Virus record (IMG/VR): IMGVR_UViG_3300037225_000975
Coordinates: 1 to 57,076 of that record
Reading direction: 5' to 3' (one strand)
Origin: a virus
Taxonomy: Duplodnaviria > Caudoviricetes
DNA length: 57,076 nucleotides
The notes under the pieces are model-generated. The model was not told the DNA's origin, ran no database searches, and saw nothing but the letters and a program-made list of their open reading frames with translations. Positions within the stretch are counted from its first letter, which is position 1. The number at the start of each line of letters is the position of its first letter. Below, piece after piece: positions 9,158 to 19,478 of this stretch. The position numbers were made by a program, and so were the translations under genes.

Positions 9158-10519
9158 CTAGAATCCTTTCACGACGGCGTCGCCGTCATGCTCGCATAGT
9201 TCGTTGAACGCGCCGGATGACGCGTCCACCTGGTCGTCGTGGCATCCCTTCGTGGGGAAGGACTCCAGTTCTGAGAGATATTCCTCGTTCCAAGGCGCTC
9301 GCACCAGCTTCACGTTGCCAGCCAGGCATTGCGCCGCGTACGGTCTGGCGCGCGTCTCCTTGCTCGCCGTGACCGGCACAGCGTAGACGTCGCGTCCCGA
9401 GAGGCGGCTGATGAGGTAGTGCATCTCCGCCTTGCCCGCCTGGCCAGGATCTTGCTCGAGAGCGATCGGGCAGCGAGGTTCCTGGGCGCTGACGCGCTTG
9501 ATGTTCTCGAGCACCTTCCCGGGACCGTCGTGGAATCGACGCACGTCGACCACGTAATACGTGCCGTTCTTGACGACCATGCGCACGCCGACCGTCGCGT
9601 CAGGATCGAGATTCGAGTCCGATATCTCCGTGGCGGCGCGATCCCAGTAACGGATCTCGTTGTCGAACTCTTTCGGAACGGCGTCCACCACGTCGAACAT
9701 CTGCCTCTTGAAGTACGAGCCGGCTTGCTGCCTGGCGTTCCAATTACCGCCATACAGTCTCGAGCGCTCGTGCGCCGGCAGCGACTTGAGGTTGGCGACG
9801 TAGCCCGGATCTTTCGCCAGCAGCAGCGGATTGTCGTGGATGTTGGCGCTGATGAACGTCACCGATTTCGGCTCGAGGCCTCGATCGACCAGGGACTTCT
9901 TCGTGTCGCCCCAGACGATCTCGCCCTTCTCTCTGGCCATCCATCGCACCTTGGAATCTCGCTCGGGAATCGGGTAGCCCTTCTCCTCGTCGATCCACCA
10001 GCTGATGAACCGCCTCACCCAGCTGTCTGGATCCGGGTTGCAGGTGGCGCGCACGTACGGTCTCACGCCACACATCGAACGGTTTCGAGAGAGCATGTAG
10101 AAGAATTGCTGCTGCTCGAAATGGCACAGCTCGTCGAACGCGATGTAGCAGATCTGCGATCCCTGCCAGTCATACACGTTCTTGGCATGCTGCATGTGAG
10201 CGAACTTGATGCGGCTGCCCGAGACCGGATCAAACCATTCCAAGGCAGACTCTTTCGGAACCAGGCCAGCAGGTCCGTAAATCTCCCTAGACGTGTCCCA
10301 CAATCCGCCTGGTGCCGTGATCTGCGGATAGGTGCGACGAAAGATGACCGCCGAGAACCCCGGCACGTGCACGTTGCGAAGTCCCTCGAGCAGCTCGACG
10401 AACGTCTTGCCTCCCCCAGCTGCCCCGCCATAGATGATGATGTCCGCGTCGATGGAGCAGAACCGCGCCTGCGGTCCCTCCTGCGGAGCGATCATGATCT
10501 CTTCGGCGACTGCAGTCAT
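9158..10519 (-). CDS. terL: Terminase large subunit
   Basis: YGGAAGGGKT Walker A, IAFDE Walker B, ATCNP, WDRA and HDDQVDA nuclease motifs; start at ATGA overlap. Confidence 0.95.
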   Translation of the reverse strand: MTAVAEEIMIAPQEGPQARFCSIDADIIIYGGAAGGGKTFVELLEGLRNVHVPGFSAVIFRRTYPQITAPGGLWDTSREIYGPAGLVPKESALEWFDPVSGSRIKFAHMQHAKNVYDWQGSQICYIAFDELCHFEQQQFFYMLSRNRSMCGVRPYVRATCNPDPDSWVRRFISWWIDEEKGYPIPERDSKVRWMAREKGEIVWGDTKKSLVDRGLEPKSVTFISANIHDNPLLLAKDPGYVANLKSLPAHERSRLYGGNWNARQQAGSYFKRQMFDVVDAVPKEFDNEIRYWDRAATEISDSNLDPDATVGVRMVVKNGTYYVVDVRRFHDGPGKVLENIKRVSAQEPRCPIALEQDPGQAGKAEMHYLISRLSGRDVYAVPVTASKETRARPYAAQCLAGNVKLVRAPWNEEYLSELESFPTKGCHDDQVDASSGAFNELCEHDGDAVVKGF

Positions 10520-11009
10520 CGCGGCAGCTTCACCTGGGCTAGGTGGCGATTGGCGAGATCCTTGCGCATCCATTCTTGCGCTTCTGACTTGCTATGAGCG
10601 AGCTGGCAGTCTCCGGCGACGCGCCAAGCGCCGTCGTGACCTCTGATGAAGCCCACCCAACAGACCCGCAGTTTCGTCGTCGACTCTACCTGCCGCTGGT
10701 TGAAGCAGTCGAAGCAGTACTTCGCCATCGGCACCCGGCGCATCGGCTGCCCGCACTTCGCGCAGGTCTTGTCGACGAGAATCGCCGGAGCGTGCGAGTA
10801 CGTCACGATCCGATCTCCTGGATGGCGCGCTTACGGAGAAGCATAGCTGCGTCTCGCTCCACCATCGACATCTGGTCGTCGCGGCGTCTCGCTCGCTCCT
10901 GCCTCTCGCGAATGGCTCGCGCAGCGCTGAATCCTCTCGTCACGTCAGCCCAGAATCTCTCGCGCGACCGGCGGCAGCGCTCGTCGACGAAACCGACGAT
11001 GCTGCTCAT
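10516..11009 (-). CDS. Two small hypothetical proteins (10516-10806 with CxxC/CxxC; 10803-11009)
   Basis: 4-nt start/stop overlaps on both sides. Confidence 0.55.
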
Positions 11010-11341
11010 GACTTCTTCTCTCTGCCGTTTGGAGGCAGCATGATCGTGACTCGTGGTCCTGCTTGGAGAGGCTGGCCGTCAGGTCCCTGGAGCGTGGTGA
11101 TGGCCGCTCGTTTCGATTCGCGATAGGGACCGAGCTCCTTCTCGGCGGCGAACCGCATCGATGGCGGCAGGATCTCCATCGCGATCACGCGACCTGGTTC
11201 TCGAATCCAGCGAAAGCGTTTCGCGTCCCATTTTCCTTTGTCGTCGAGTTCTTTCTGAGTCATGAAGCCCAGGCCGACGACGTCGCCTTGAGCGTACATC
11301 TCGAGATTTCGAATCGGATCGTGTTTTTTTCTTGCCGCCAC
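11006..11341 (-). CDS. terS: Putative terminase small subunit
   Basis: First gene of the packaging operon; R..AA.EL..Y...K..A and GPDGQPL..VTI.LP.NGR tail. Confidence 0.6.
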   Translation of the reverse strand: MAARKKHDPIRNLEMYAQGDVVGLGFMTQKELDDKGKWDAKRFRWIREPGRVIAMEILPPSMRFAAEKELGPYRESKRAAITTLQGPDGQPLQAGPRVTIMLPPNGREKKS

Positions 11342-11431
11342 GATCGCGATCTTGCGTCGATGGCTCTGAAATACACGAAAGCCTCACTCTGAGGCCAGAG
11401 ATGAGGGCGGGTCCATTTATGCCGGAGGGGC

Positions 11432-11739
11432 TGAGAATAACTATTTGGAGTTGCAAGTGATTGCTACCGCAACGATTTGCAACTTCCGAATCGGGGTTAT
11501 TCTCACGAAAGGGGGGGTATATAGTATGCATCTCCTTCCTCTCATCCTTCCTCAGCTACTTCCGAAGCAGCTCATTTTCTCATTGACTTCTTAAGATATT
11601 AGCTCTCTAATAACCACACTACAATAGGTACGGATTAGAGATACATGTCATACCCCCCCTTTGGTGAGAATAACTAGCCGGCCGAAGTCGCAACTAGCAC
11701 GCCCGCCATCGCTTACGACTCGGTCTGGTTATTCTCACC
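11432..11739. promoter_or_regulatory. AT-rich noncoding control region with a 25-bp inverted repeat and four GTTATTCTCA boxes (candidate ori/pac)
   Basis: Inverted repeat 11496-11520 / 11650-11674 (1 mismatch); extra boxes at 11432 and 11728. Confidence 0.65.
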
Positions 11740-11812
11740 CCTTCGGACGAAACCCCTCCCCGACCCCTTCCGGCCGCTTTTCGCCCCTCGCGATTCCAAA
11801 TCATCAAGCTCG

Positions 11813-12421
11813 CTATCTCGGAATCGCTGGACCCCATCCGACCACCTCCGCCACCCTGCGAGCCACCGCCTCGATCGATTCCGAGGCGTCGCAGAAAACG
11901 ATCTCGTCCCCGCCCCGACCCACTTCCTGGTCTCGATACGCCTCCCTCACTTTCTTTCCGAGCGAGTCGAACCTATCCGGGACCTCCCCTCCCCTGGCCG
12001 CGATCCTGGCATCCAGCGTCGAGTCGTCAGCTTCCAGGAAGACGACCTGAGACCAGCTCGGCTGACGAGCCCATCCTTCCAGCACCTTGCAGATGTCCGC
12101 CCCCTCGGCCTGGCGCATCGCGATCCTGTAAGCCAGATTCGAGACCCCGCACCGGTCCATCACCACCCGCAGCCCGGTCAGACGCAGGTTCTCCGCTCGC
12201 CGCATGCAGTCCACGTCCACCGCCGCGAAGGCGAGAGCCATCGCCTCCTCTCCCAGCTCGAACGCCGGATCCTTCAGGGGACCCCGGAGCAGCTCGCCAA
12301 GCCGCGTCCCTCCAGGGCATCGCAGGTAGACGGCACCCCACCCGCGTTCCAGCTCCCTGGCCACGCTGGTCTTCCCGCACCCGTCCGGACCTTCCAAGCA
12401 GCAGATCAGCGGATCGGTCAT
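11813..12421 (-). CDS. tmk: Thymidylate-kinase-like dNMP kinase
   Basis: LEGPDGCGKTS P-loop, PGGT..GE..R, VVMDR. Confidence 0.85.
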   Translation of the reverse strand: MTDPLICCLEGPDGCGKTSVARELERGWGAVYLRCPGGTRLGELLRGPLKDPAFELGEEAMALAFAAVDVDCMRRAENLRLTGLRVVMDRCGVSNLAYRIAMRQAEGADICKVLEGWARQPSWSQVVFLEADDSTLDARIAARGGEVPDRFDSLGKKVREAYRDQEVGRGGDEIVFCDASESIEAVARRVAEVVGWGPAIPR

Positions 12422-13209
12422 GCCTTCCCTTTCGTGATCACCCAGCAGCAGTTGGACGCCGCTTCCGGGTATTTTGGAGCTAAGAAATTCGCCAGCACGT
12501 CCCAAGAATAGAACTCGTGCAGCTCGTCGACCAGCGCCCGCTCCGCCGCGCTCATGACTCGCTTCATCGCCTGCGAGGTCATGAAGGTGCCGTGCGCCGA
12601 CCTCACCGCCAGCCCGGCCGCCTCGATCATCTGCTTCAGCTCCACCCACCGATACTCGTGCACGTGGTTCTTCGCCATGTGCTTCTCGTTGTAGACCGGC
12701 GTGCTGAGAAGGAGCACTCCATCCTTCCTCAGCTTCTCGCGGAAAGCCTCGAGCAGCTTGCGACCGTCATCCTTCTTCATGTGCTCGATGACCTCGAAGT
12801 TGACGATCACGTCGAACTGCCCGTCGATCTCGTCGGCGCGGCTCGTGAAATCGAACTCCTGGAGCACCTCGACCCACTTGCACTTGAACGGCTTCACCCG
12901 GTTCATGTCCACGCCCACGTATCTCCCGGGAATGTGGCTCATGGACGGTGCCAGCACTCGCACCAGCGGCAGATCCTGGCCGCACCCGACGTCGAGGACG
13001 CTCATGCCCTTCTTGATGAACCTGGTGGCGAACCCCCATCGAAAGAAATGCGCCGCGTAATCTCGATGCACCTTGTCGCCGTACTGGGCGGCTCGAAGCT
13101 GCGTCTTGTCGAACTTGCGATCGATCACGTCCAGGCGGTGCCGCCTGGGAGGCGGCAGCTCGACCGGCTCGATCGGCGCTGGTTTCGGTTTCTTGATTTT
13201 GACGATCAT
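12418..13209 (-). CDS. Class I SAM-dependent methyltransferase
   Basis: VLDVGCG, YVGVD, FDVIVNFEVIEHM, GVLLLSTP, HVHEY. Confidence 0.85.
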   Translation of the reverse strand: MIVKIKKPKPAPIEPVELPPPRRHRLDVIDRKFDKTQLRAAQYGDKVHRDYAAHFFRWGFATRFIKKGMSVLDVGCGQDLPLVRVLAPSMSHIPGRYVGVDMNRVKPFKCKWVEVLQEFDFTSRADEIDGQFDVIVNFEVIEHMKKDDGRKLLEAFREKLRKDGVLLLSTPVYNEKHMAKNHVHEYRWVELKQMIEAAGLAVRSAHGTFMTSQAMKRVMSAAERALVDELHEFYSWDVLANFLAPKYPEAASNCCWVITKGKA

Positions 13210-13523
13210 GGCACTGCCTCGTAGGTTGCCGCGAAGATGTCTGGCTTGCACGGATATCGCTCGCCCTTGATGCCGGTGATGACCCAATCGCCCGGGCAGA
13301 CGATGTGTCCACCCTCAAGGGTGTCGATCCAGCCATGTTCCAAGAGGCGCCTGTTGCAGTTCACGCACAGCGCATGTCCCGAAGTGTTCGGGTCATTATA
13401 GCGCCTGACGACCTTGCCCTCTATGAGTACCCAATCTTTCCCCACCATGTCGTCAGGATGGTCTCCGTTCTTCCACCATCGCGTCGCTTCGACTATGACC
13501 GGTTTCTTGCGGAACTTGCTCAT
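13206..13523 (-). CDS. Conserved phage protein (KFRKKPV..EA / PGDWVI / YPCKPDIF..TY family)
   Basis: Recognisable family motifs. Confidence 0.75.
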   Translation of the reverse strand: MSKFRKKPVIVEATRWWKNGDHPDDMVGKDWVLIEGKVVRRYNDPNTSGHALCVNCNRRLLEHGWIDTLEGGHIVCPGDWVITGIKGERYPCKPDIFAATYEAVP

Positions 13524-14312
13524 TGCACGCCTTCCGTGATTACGCTGCGAACGATCGGCTTGGCCCCGACGAAGACTTCCCACCGCGTCATATGGACTCC
13601 CTGCCGTTCGTAGACGGCTACCTGGACGCCTGCCGCGTACCACTTGAATAGAATTGGGCCTCCGATGATGCCCACAACGGCGACAATGATGAGCGCGACG
13701 AACATCATGGTCAGAGATTTGTCTTTGAGGTCCATCGCGTTGTTCATTCGCAGGCTCGCATGATGAGGTAGATGATCCAGAATACGAAGAGGATGATGAC
13801 CAGGGCTACGATCGGGATCCATAGTGGCGAGAGCACCCACCACCATGACCAGTCGATGACGTGGCACAGCTTGAGAACGACGAAGGCGATCGTCAGAAGG
13901 CCGACGAGGCTGGAGCCGTTAGATGTCGCGTCGCTCACGTCCATCCCTTTCCGCCGCACGTGGTGCAACGAGGCGGATTTTTCTCCAATCTCAGCCATCT
14001 GCCTCCCTCACAGGTGGAACACTCCCGCTTTTCCTGCAATAAATCTAAATGCAGAGCAATTTTCTCAGGCTGATTTCCCGGATAACGCTTCGACGCTCGG
14101 TCTATCTCTATCGGCGGGTCGAGCTTGACGAGCTCTCCGCACGTCTTGCATCGCGACAGTGTCGTCGAGATGCACTCGCAGACAGGGTGGCGACATCGCA
14201 TCGCCTCTTCGAACTTCTTCTTCCTCCATTCCAGCCAGAGTTGAAGCGTCTCTCTCCCGCTCCAGCCCGCGACGAACGCCATGACGACCATGAAGATCTG
14301 GATGGGGCTCAT
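13520..14312 (-). CDS. Three small membrane proteins (13520-13747, 13744-13944, 13935-14312)
   Basis: Hydrophobic segments; the middle one has the LKL..VIDWSWWWVLSPLWIP pattern, the last also has CxxC pairs. Confidence 0.6.
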
Positions 14313-17238
14313 CGGAGAGCCTCCGCGGTGCTAAGGTCTAGCGGTTTCGCTTCCACTCCGTGCGCCGCTATCCAGACGATCTCTGGCAGGATGATCGGCA
14401 AAGAACTGAACAAGTGCGATCTGAACGCGTCCTGAACTTCCTGGAGCATCGGCATTCTCCCGATTCTCTCGACCAAAGGCGTTGGCAAACTCCGAAAGCT
14501 GATCTGCCAGTCTTTCCCTGCGACGGAGATAGGATAGTGGGTAGTCATGGGTTGATCCTCACGTAGAAGTAAAGCGGAATTGGATAGTCTCGATCCCAGA
14601 CCAGAGCCCACCAATACTTCTCCACCGTGACGGTCTCTCTCATGGCGCCTCCCATCGCACCAGCCAGTGCTTCGCATTTCCGCAAGGGCAGGGGACGTCG
14701 ACGGTCGGCACCTCCGTCCATCGCCGCCGAGCTGCGACCATCTTCCCGCACGGCATCTCAGCCGCGGAAGAAGGCGGGCATCCCCACCCGTCAAGACGGC
14801 GGAGAGCGTCGTGCCGCATCTCCCCGGCGAGAGGACGCACCCGCACCGCGCAGAATTCAGATCTGCTCACGGATCCTCCTGGCGATGGACTTCTTGGTGG
14901 CGATGACGGCGGATCGCAGCGCGACCTCAGCCTCTTCCTTGCTCCCCTTGACCCTATCCCAGATGTCGTCAGGCATAGGGCCGTCGAGCTCCTCTTCAGA
15001 CTCGACGATCTCGATCGCTTTCTCCTTGCTGAAGCTGGAGCAGGCGTGGTAGATGGCGATCTTGGCGAGCTCATCCACCGCCTCTCCAGCCGTCGCTCGC
15101 TTTCCTCTGACGCGATAGGTGCCATCTGTCAGCTTCTCGACGACCTTCACTTGCTGGCCGTATTCCTTGAATTGGTAGATCTGTCTCATCCGCCCATCTC
15201 CTTCGCCAGAAGGATCAGCATCTCGCCGACCCGCCTGGCAGAGCTAGGATCGCTGAAGACGAGAGTCTGCACTTTCTCTCCATTCATGGAGACGACGCAG
15301 ATGCGGTCTTCCTCGCTCGACTGATTCGAAGGGCCGAAGTGGCGCGACGGCGAAAAGCCCTCCTGCTTCTCCAGTCCGACTGAGACGATGCTCATGACTC
15401 CATCTCCTCCACGCTAGGATCGTCAGACTCTTCCTCGATCGCGGAGCGATCTCCCGCCTGCATCCTGGATCGAGCCTCCTCGATCGCCGCCTCCTCATCC
15501 GAGGCCTCGACCTCGTAGATCTTCTCGACCCGCAGCACCACTGAGTACTTCGGCATGGCAGACTCCTTAGAAAGGTGGTTCGTCGTCATGACTCGGTGGC
15601 AGACCGTTAGCGATCCTCGCTCTTCGCGCAGTGTCGAGTTGAGCGCGAAGGAGAGACACGTTCGACTCCAGCTGGGCGAGTCTCTCCTCGTAGCCTTTCT
15701 CGCACGTTAGTCGAGTAGCGATCGCCGCGTCGATCTTCCTCTGCCAGGGCGTCTTCTTGGCTAAACGCATCGGCTGCTCGCCGGGAGAGCGTACTCCTGC
15801 ATGACGTGATCGAACGTCGCTCCGCACTTCGAGCACTTGGAGACCGTGGAACTGTGCCTCTCCCAGCGATGCCCAGCTCTGACATCGCTGACGATCACGT
15901 CGCACAGATGCTTCATCGCCGAATGCAGAGTTTCCTCCACTCCCTTGGCGTAGTGCGCTTGCATCTGCAGAGTCTGCGTCTCTGGCGGCTCCACCCAGAT
16001 CCTGCAACCGCCGACACGAATCGAGGTTGGCATCAGCATCTGCGCAGCTCGATAGGATCCTGCGAGTCTCGCTCCAGAACCCAGATCCGCCTGTCCATGA
16101 TCACGCAATGCTTTCGGCGAACCGCGTACTTGCTAGCTTGGTCGTTGTGGGCGTGCGCCGAGGCTGCTCGATGGCCCTCGACCTGCGACGGGTAAGCCTC
16201 CATCTGCTCCTCAAGGTTGGTCTCCTTGGGGGTTCTATAGACCACCCAGAGCTCAGCCACGGCGATCATGGCGCGGCCTTGCGACAGCCGGCCATCACGA
16301 ACATCCTCGACCCAGTTGCCACCACCACCCCGTCTGGTTTCGACTTGACTGAGTCTGGAGAGGTGTAATTCCTGGCGTCATGGAATCTGACGAAGATGAA
16401 GCCATCAGCCGGCGCGAAGGTCATGCGAACGACGCCTGTCACCTCGCGCGAGCATCTAGCCGGGAAGGTCTCTCCCGGGCGGTCGGAAAACTGCCAGACG
16501 CCGCCACCGCTCGGGTCTACGTCGAAGAAGACCTGACTGGTCAGCTCCTGCCCGCTGCAGAAAGAAACCAGTGCTATCAGTAAGAGTAAGTATTTCATGG
16601 CTTGATCATATCCTCAAGAAGGTTCGTACATGTGTTTCCGAATCACGCTTCAACCGTCGAATCTGCGGTCAGGCGCCTGCTCCATCGTGGATCTCGCTCT
16701 ACAGCGAAGCGCTTCCTGGGCGTACACGACGAGGCCCATGGCCGTCCAGACCGCCAGCGAGGAGTGCACGCGAAGCCTCGTCTCTCCCGGCTTGCCATCG
16801 ACTTGGTGCTCGATCACGATCAGGTGACCAGCATGCCTCCGACTCAACTCGTCGATCAGTTCTTCAGAAGTCGACATGCCAAGGTTCGTTCTCTGACGCT
16901 CGGCCGCGTCCAGAGACCTCAGCGCAGCCTTGGCCTCCATCTCGGTCATGGCCCTGCCTTGCTCCATGCTGATCACCCACCCGCCAGTCGGCATCTGCGT
17001 CGCCACGTGCTTAGACTGCGACACGACCATCTCCAGTGATCGCCAGGTAACCAGCCTGCAAATTGGCGAGCGGGCTTGCATTATGCTCCATGAACTTCCC
17101 GGCAAAAGACCAGCCTTCCTCTTGCGCTCGCAGAATGCGAGAATCGATGTAATAATCCAGGATAGCCGTGCGATCATGAATGGACGCCGGCACTTTCTGG
17201 CTCGAGACGAGAATGATGGAATCGAAACGAAGGCTCAT
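14309..17238 (-). CDS. Array of about 12 small translationally coupled hypothetical ORFs (incl. 14857-15189, 15186-15395, 16033-16269, 16266-16598 with signal peptide)
   Basis: Chained ATGA/GTGA overlaps; individual starts are uncertain. Confidence 0.5.
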
Positions 17239-18542
17239 GCGATCTTCCCGCCCGCCGCGATGATGGCCTCACGCACGCTCGCCAAGCATACCATGGGCGG
17301 CCACGCACGACTCCCTTGCTGGACGGTGAAAGCTTCCGGCATCTTCACCACCACCTCCCGCCGCTCCGCCGTCACCGCTAGGAGTTTGTGGTTCTCCACC
17401 TCCGCCTTGAGCCGGTCGCGCTCTGCTTCGGCTTGCCGCTGGAACATCTTGGCGTTGAGGATGTCGTTTCGCAGGACCGTTATCTCAGCCTGCGCATCAG
17501 CAAAGTCAGTGCGCGAGGAGCCACGCAGCAGGTCCTCTAGGCGAGCGGCCTCTGCCTCGGCTTGCTCGGCGCGCTCTTCGGTGGCGGTCAGGAAGATGTC
17601 CAACTCATCAGCGTCCACCTTCGCCTTGGCAAGCTCGTGTCGCATGTGCGCAGCCTGCAACCCCTTCTCGTGGTTCCTGACCGCAAGCTCCGCCTTCTCC
17701 GCTCGCGCCACGGCGGCGTCGCGCTGTCGGTTCGCATAGCCTAACAGATTGATAGCCGTGGCGCGATCCTGGCAGTCACCATCGGCGGTTTGTTTCAACG
17801 CATCCCGCTCCCCCGTCAGACGCGCAACGTCGGCGCGGAGGGCGTCGCACTGGGATACTACCGCTTGCGCGTGAATCTTCGCGTTGGCATGCCCATCCAC
17901 GTACGTATCGGCGTCTGGCCCATCTTCTCGGACATCTAAGGCAACCATCACGTCAAAGAACCTGTCGCGCAACGCATCCCGCTCCCCCTCGACATGGCGA
18001 AGGTCGGCGCGTAGGGCGTCGTGCTCATCGGCAAGCCTGCCTAGATCCTCTATTGCGGCGATCATAGCCTCGGTGGTCGCATCCTCCCCACCCACCGTGC
18101 CGGTGTCTGCTGGCTGAAACTCGGCGTTAACTTTCCTCAAGGACTGCTGAAAGTCCCGGTTGGCCTGCTCTTGTAGCGCAGCCGTCAGCGCCTCTTGCTG
18201 GGGCATGGGAACGGTGCCATATTTACCCGGCTCCCCCGGCGCCGTGGACGCGGCGAGGAAGGCGTCGATGCGATCTAACTCTTCGCCGTTCACGACGCAT
18301 ATCTCAGTCCCTTCGCAGTGCTGAGACGCGGTGGAGAATCGGCGGATCTTGCTGACCCTGGCGAGCAACGCCGTCGCCTCGGCCAGTCTCGTTGCGTGGT
18401 TGGTCATGGGGGGTCTCCAAAGGGCGACGATTTCCCGAAGCGTTCCCCAGCAGTGGTCATGCACCTCCGGGCAATCATGGGACGAGGGTGTGGGATGGCC
18501 GCAGACGATGCAGCGACGGCCGGCTAATGGTGTGTCCTTCAT
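17235..18542 (-). CDS. Mosaic coiled-coil hypothetical protein
   Basis: DALRAD.....GERDAL repeated; 19-bp DNA repeat at 17796-17814 and 17970-17988. Confidence 0.55.
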   Translation of the reverse strand: MKDTPLAGRRCIVCGHPTPSSHDCPEVHDHCWGTLREIVALWRPPMTNHATRLAEATALLARVSKIRRFSTASQHCEGTEICVVNGEELDRIDAFLAASTAPGEPGKYGTVPMPQQEALTAALQEQANRDFQQSLRKVNAEFQPADTGTVGGEDATTEAMIAAIEDLGRLADEHDALRADLRHVEGERDALRDRFFDVMVALDVREDGPDADTYVDGHANAKIHAQAVVSQCDALRADVARLTGERDALKQTADGDCQDRATAINLLGYANRQRDAAVARAEKAELAVRNHEKGLQAAHMRHELAKAKVDADELDIFLTATEERAEQAEAEAARLEDLLRGSSRTDFADAQAEITVLRNDILNAKMFQRQAEAERDRLKAEVENHKLLAVTAERREVVVKMPEAFTVQQGSRAWPPMVCLASVREAIIAAGGKIA

Positions 18543-18787
18543 GCTATCTCCTTGAGCGCGCGGCGCAGTCGTGCGTTGGCCACATAGAACGCTGCGTATT
18601 TCGGCGTGGTGCGAACCGGCAGGTTGTCCAGCGCATCGGATTCCTTCGCCGCCAGCGCGATCTCGACCAGCGCGACGACGTGCGCCGGGCGCATCATCAC
18701 CTGATTTTCACCAGTGACGGTCAGCGCGTGCGCCTTCAACGCCCCGAGGTCGATTGCCAGGCCGGCGGATACGTGGGGTTCGTTCAT
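18539..18787 (-). CDS. Hypothetical protein
   Basis: ATGA overlaps. Confidence 0.5.
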   Translation of the reverse strand: MNEPHVSAGLAIDLGALKAHALTVTGENQVMMRPAHVVALVEIALAAKESDALDNLPVRTTPKYAAFYVANARLRRALKEIA

Positions 18788-19188
18788 GGCTTACTTCCTG
18801 CCGCTCTCACGGCGTTGAGATATTCCGGCGCGCGGTGATGCGGACCGGCGTGGAACCATTGAACGGCCAGCTCCCACGATCCGCTGCGCTCGTACATGAG
18901 CCGCAGATACCTAGCCGCGCACTCGGCCGCAAACTCACGGTCAACCTCGATGCGCCAGTATTGCTCGCCGTGCTGGCGGATGTCATTGAAGGCGATGCGG
19001 CGCATTTGCCACGGGCCTAATTCTCCGTGCGATCCGCGGCGTTGATCGACATAATGGAGAACACCATCATCTGACCACCAGGACTTGCTTTCCACGGAAG
19101 GGATGCCGATCAGCACCCAATCAGGGATCGTCTCTTCAGCAACGACGGCTCCGATGATGGCGAGAAATAGAACGAAGATGCGCATCAT
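18784..19188 (-). CDS. Secreted lysozyme-fold lytic transglycosylase
   Basis: Signal peptide; VES catalytic Glu, GELGPWQM, AARYL, FHAGP. Confidence 0.75.
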   Translation of the reverse strand: MMRIFVLFLAIIGAVVAEETIPDWVLIGIPSVESKSWWSDDGVLHYVDQRRGSHGELGPWQMRRIAFNDIRQHGEQYWRIEVDREFAAECAARYLRLMYERSGSWELAVQWFHAGPHHRAPEYLNAVRAAGSKP

Positions 19189-19478
19189 GCGATCTCCATC
19201 ACCACGTCCGTCGACTTCATTCCCTCCATGTCCTTGTCGCTAAGGACGTCGACGATGATCTGCATGCGCCTCTTTCCCGCCACCTTGACGAGCTCTTCTG
19301 ATGAGAAATGCTTCGCCAAGAACTGCGCCAGCGCCAGAGCGCACTTCATCACTCCTTCGCGCTTGGCTCTCTCCTCGCACTCGACCTGGGCTCTCACCGA
19401 CGGGTCGAGCAGATTCACCTTCACGTTCGTCTCGCATCGAGCTGCGAAGCGGATGAGTTTCGCCTTTGTCCTCTTCAT
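19185..19478 (-). CDS. Hypothetical protein
   Basis: ATGA overlaps, GGAG SD. Confidence 0.5.
   Translation of the reverse strand: MKRTKAKLIRFAARCETNVKVNLLDPSVRAQVECEERAKREGVMKCALALAQFLAKHFSSEELVKVAGKRRMQIIVDVLSDKDMEGMKSTDVVMEIA

Noticed and set aside
1445-10597. Long plus-strand ORFs (e.g. 1445-2485, 2521-3564, 5695-6849, 9329-10597)
   Set aside because: Antisense shadows of GC3-biased real genes, with no motifs
12418-13209. CmoA-type carboxy-SAM synthase or N6/N4 DNA methyltransferase
   Set aside because: No CmoA-like features that I can recognise and no DPPY/NPPY motif; an HMM search is needed to exclude these fully
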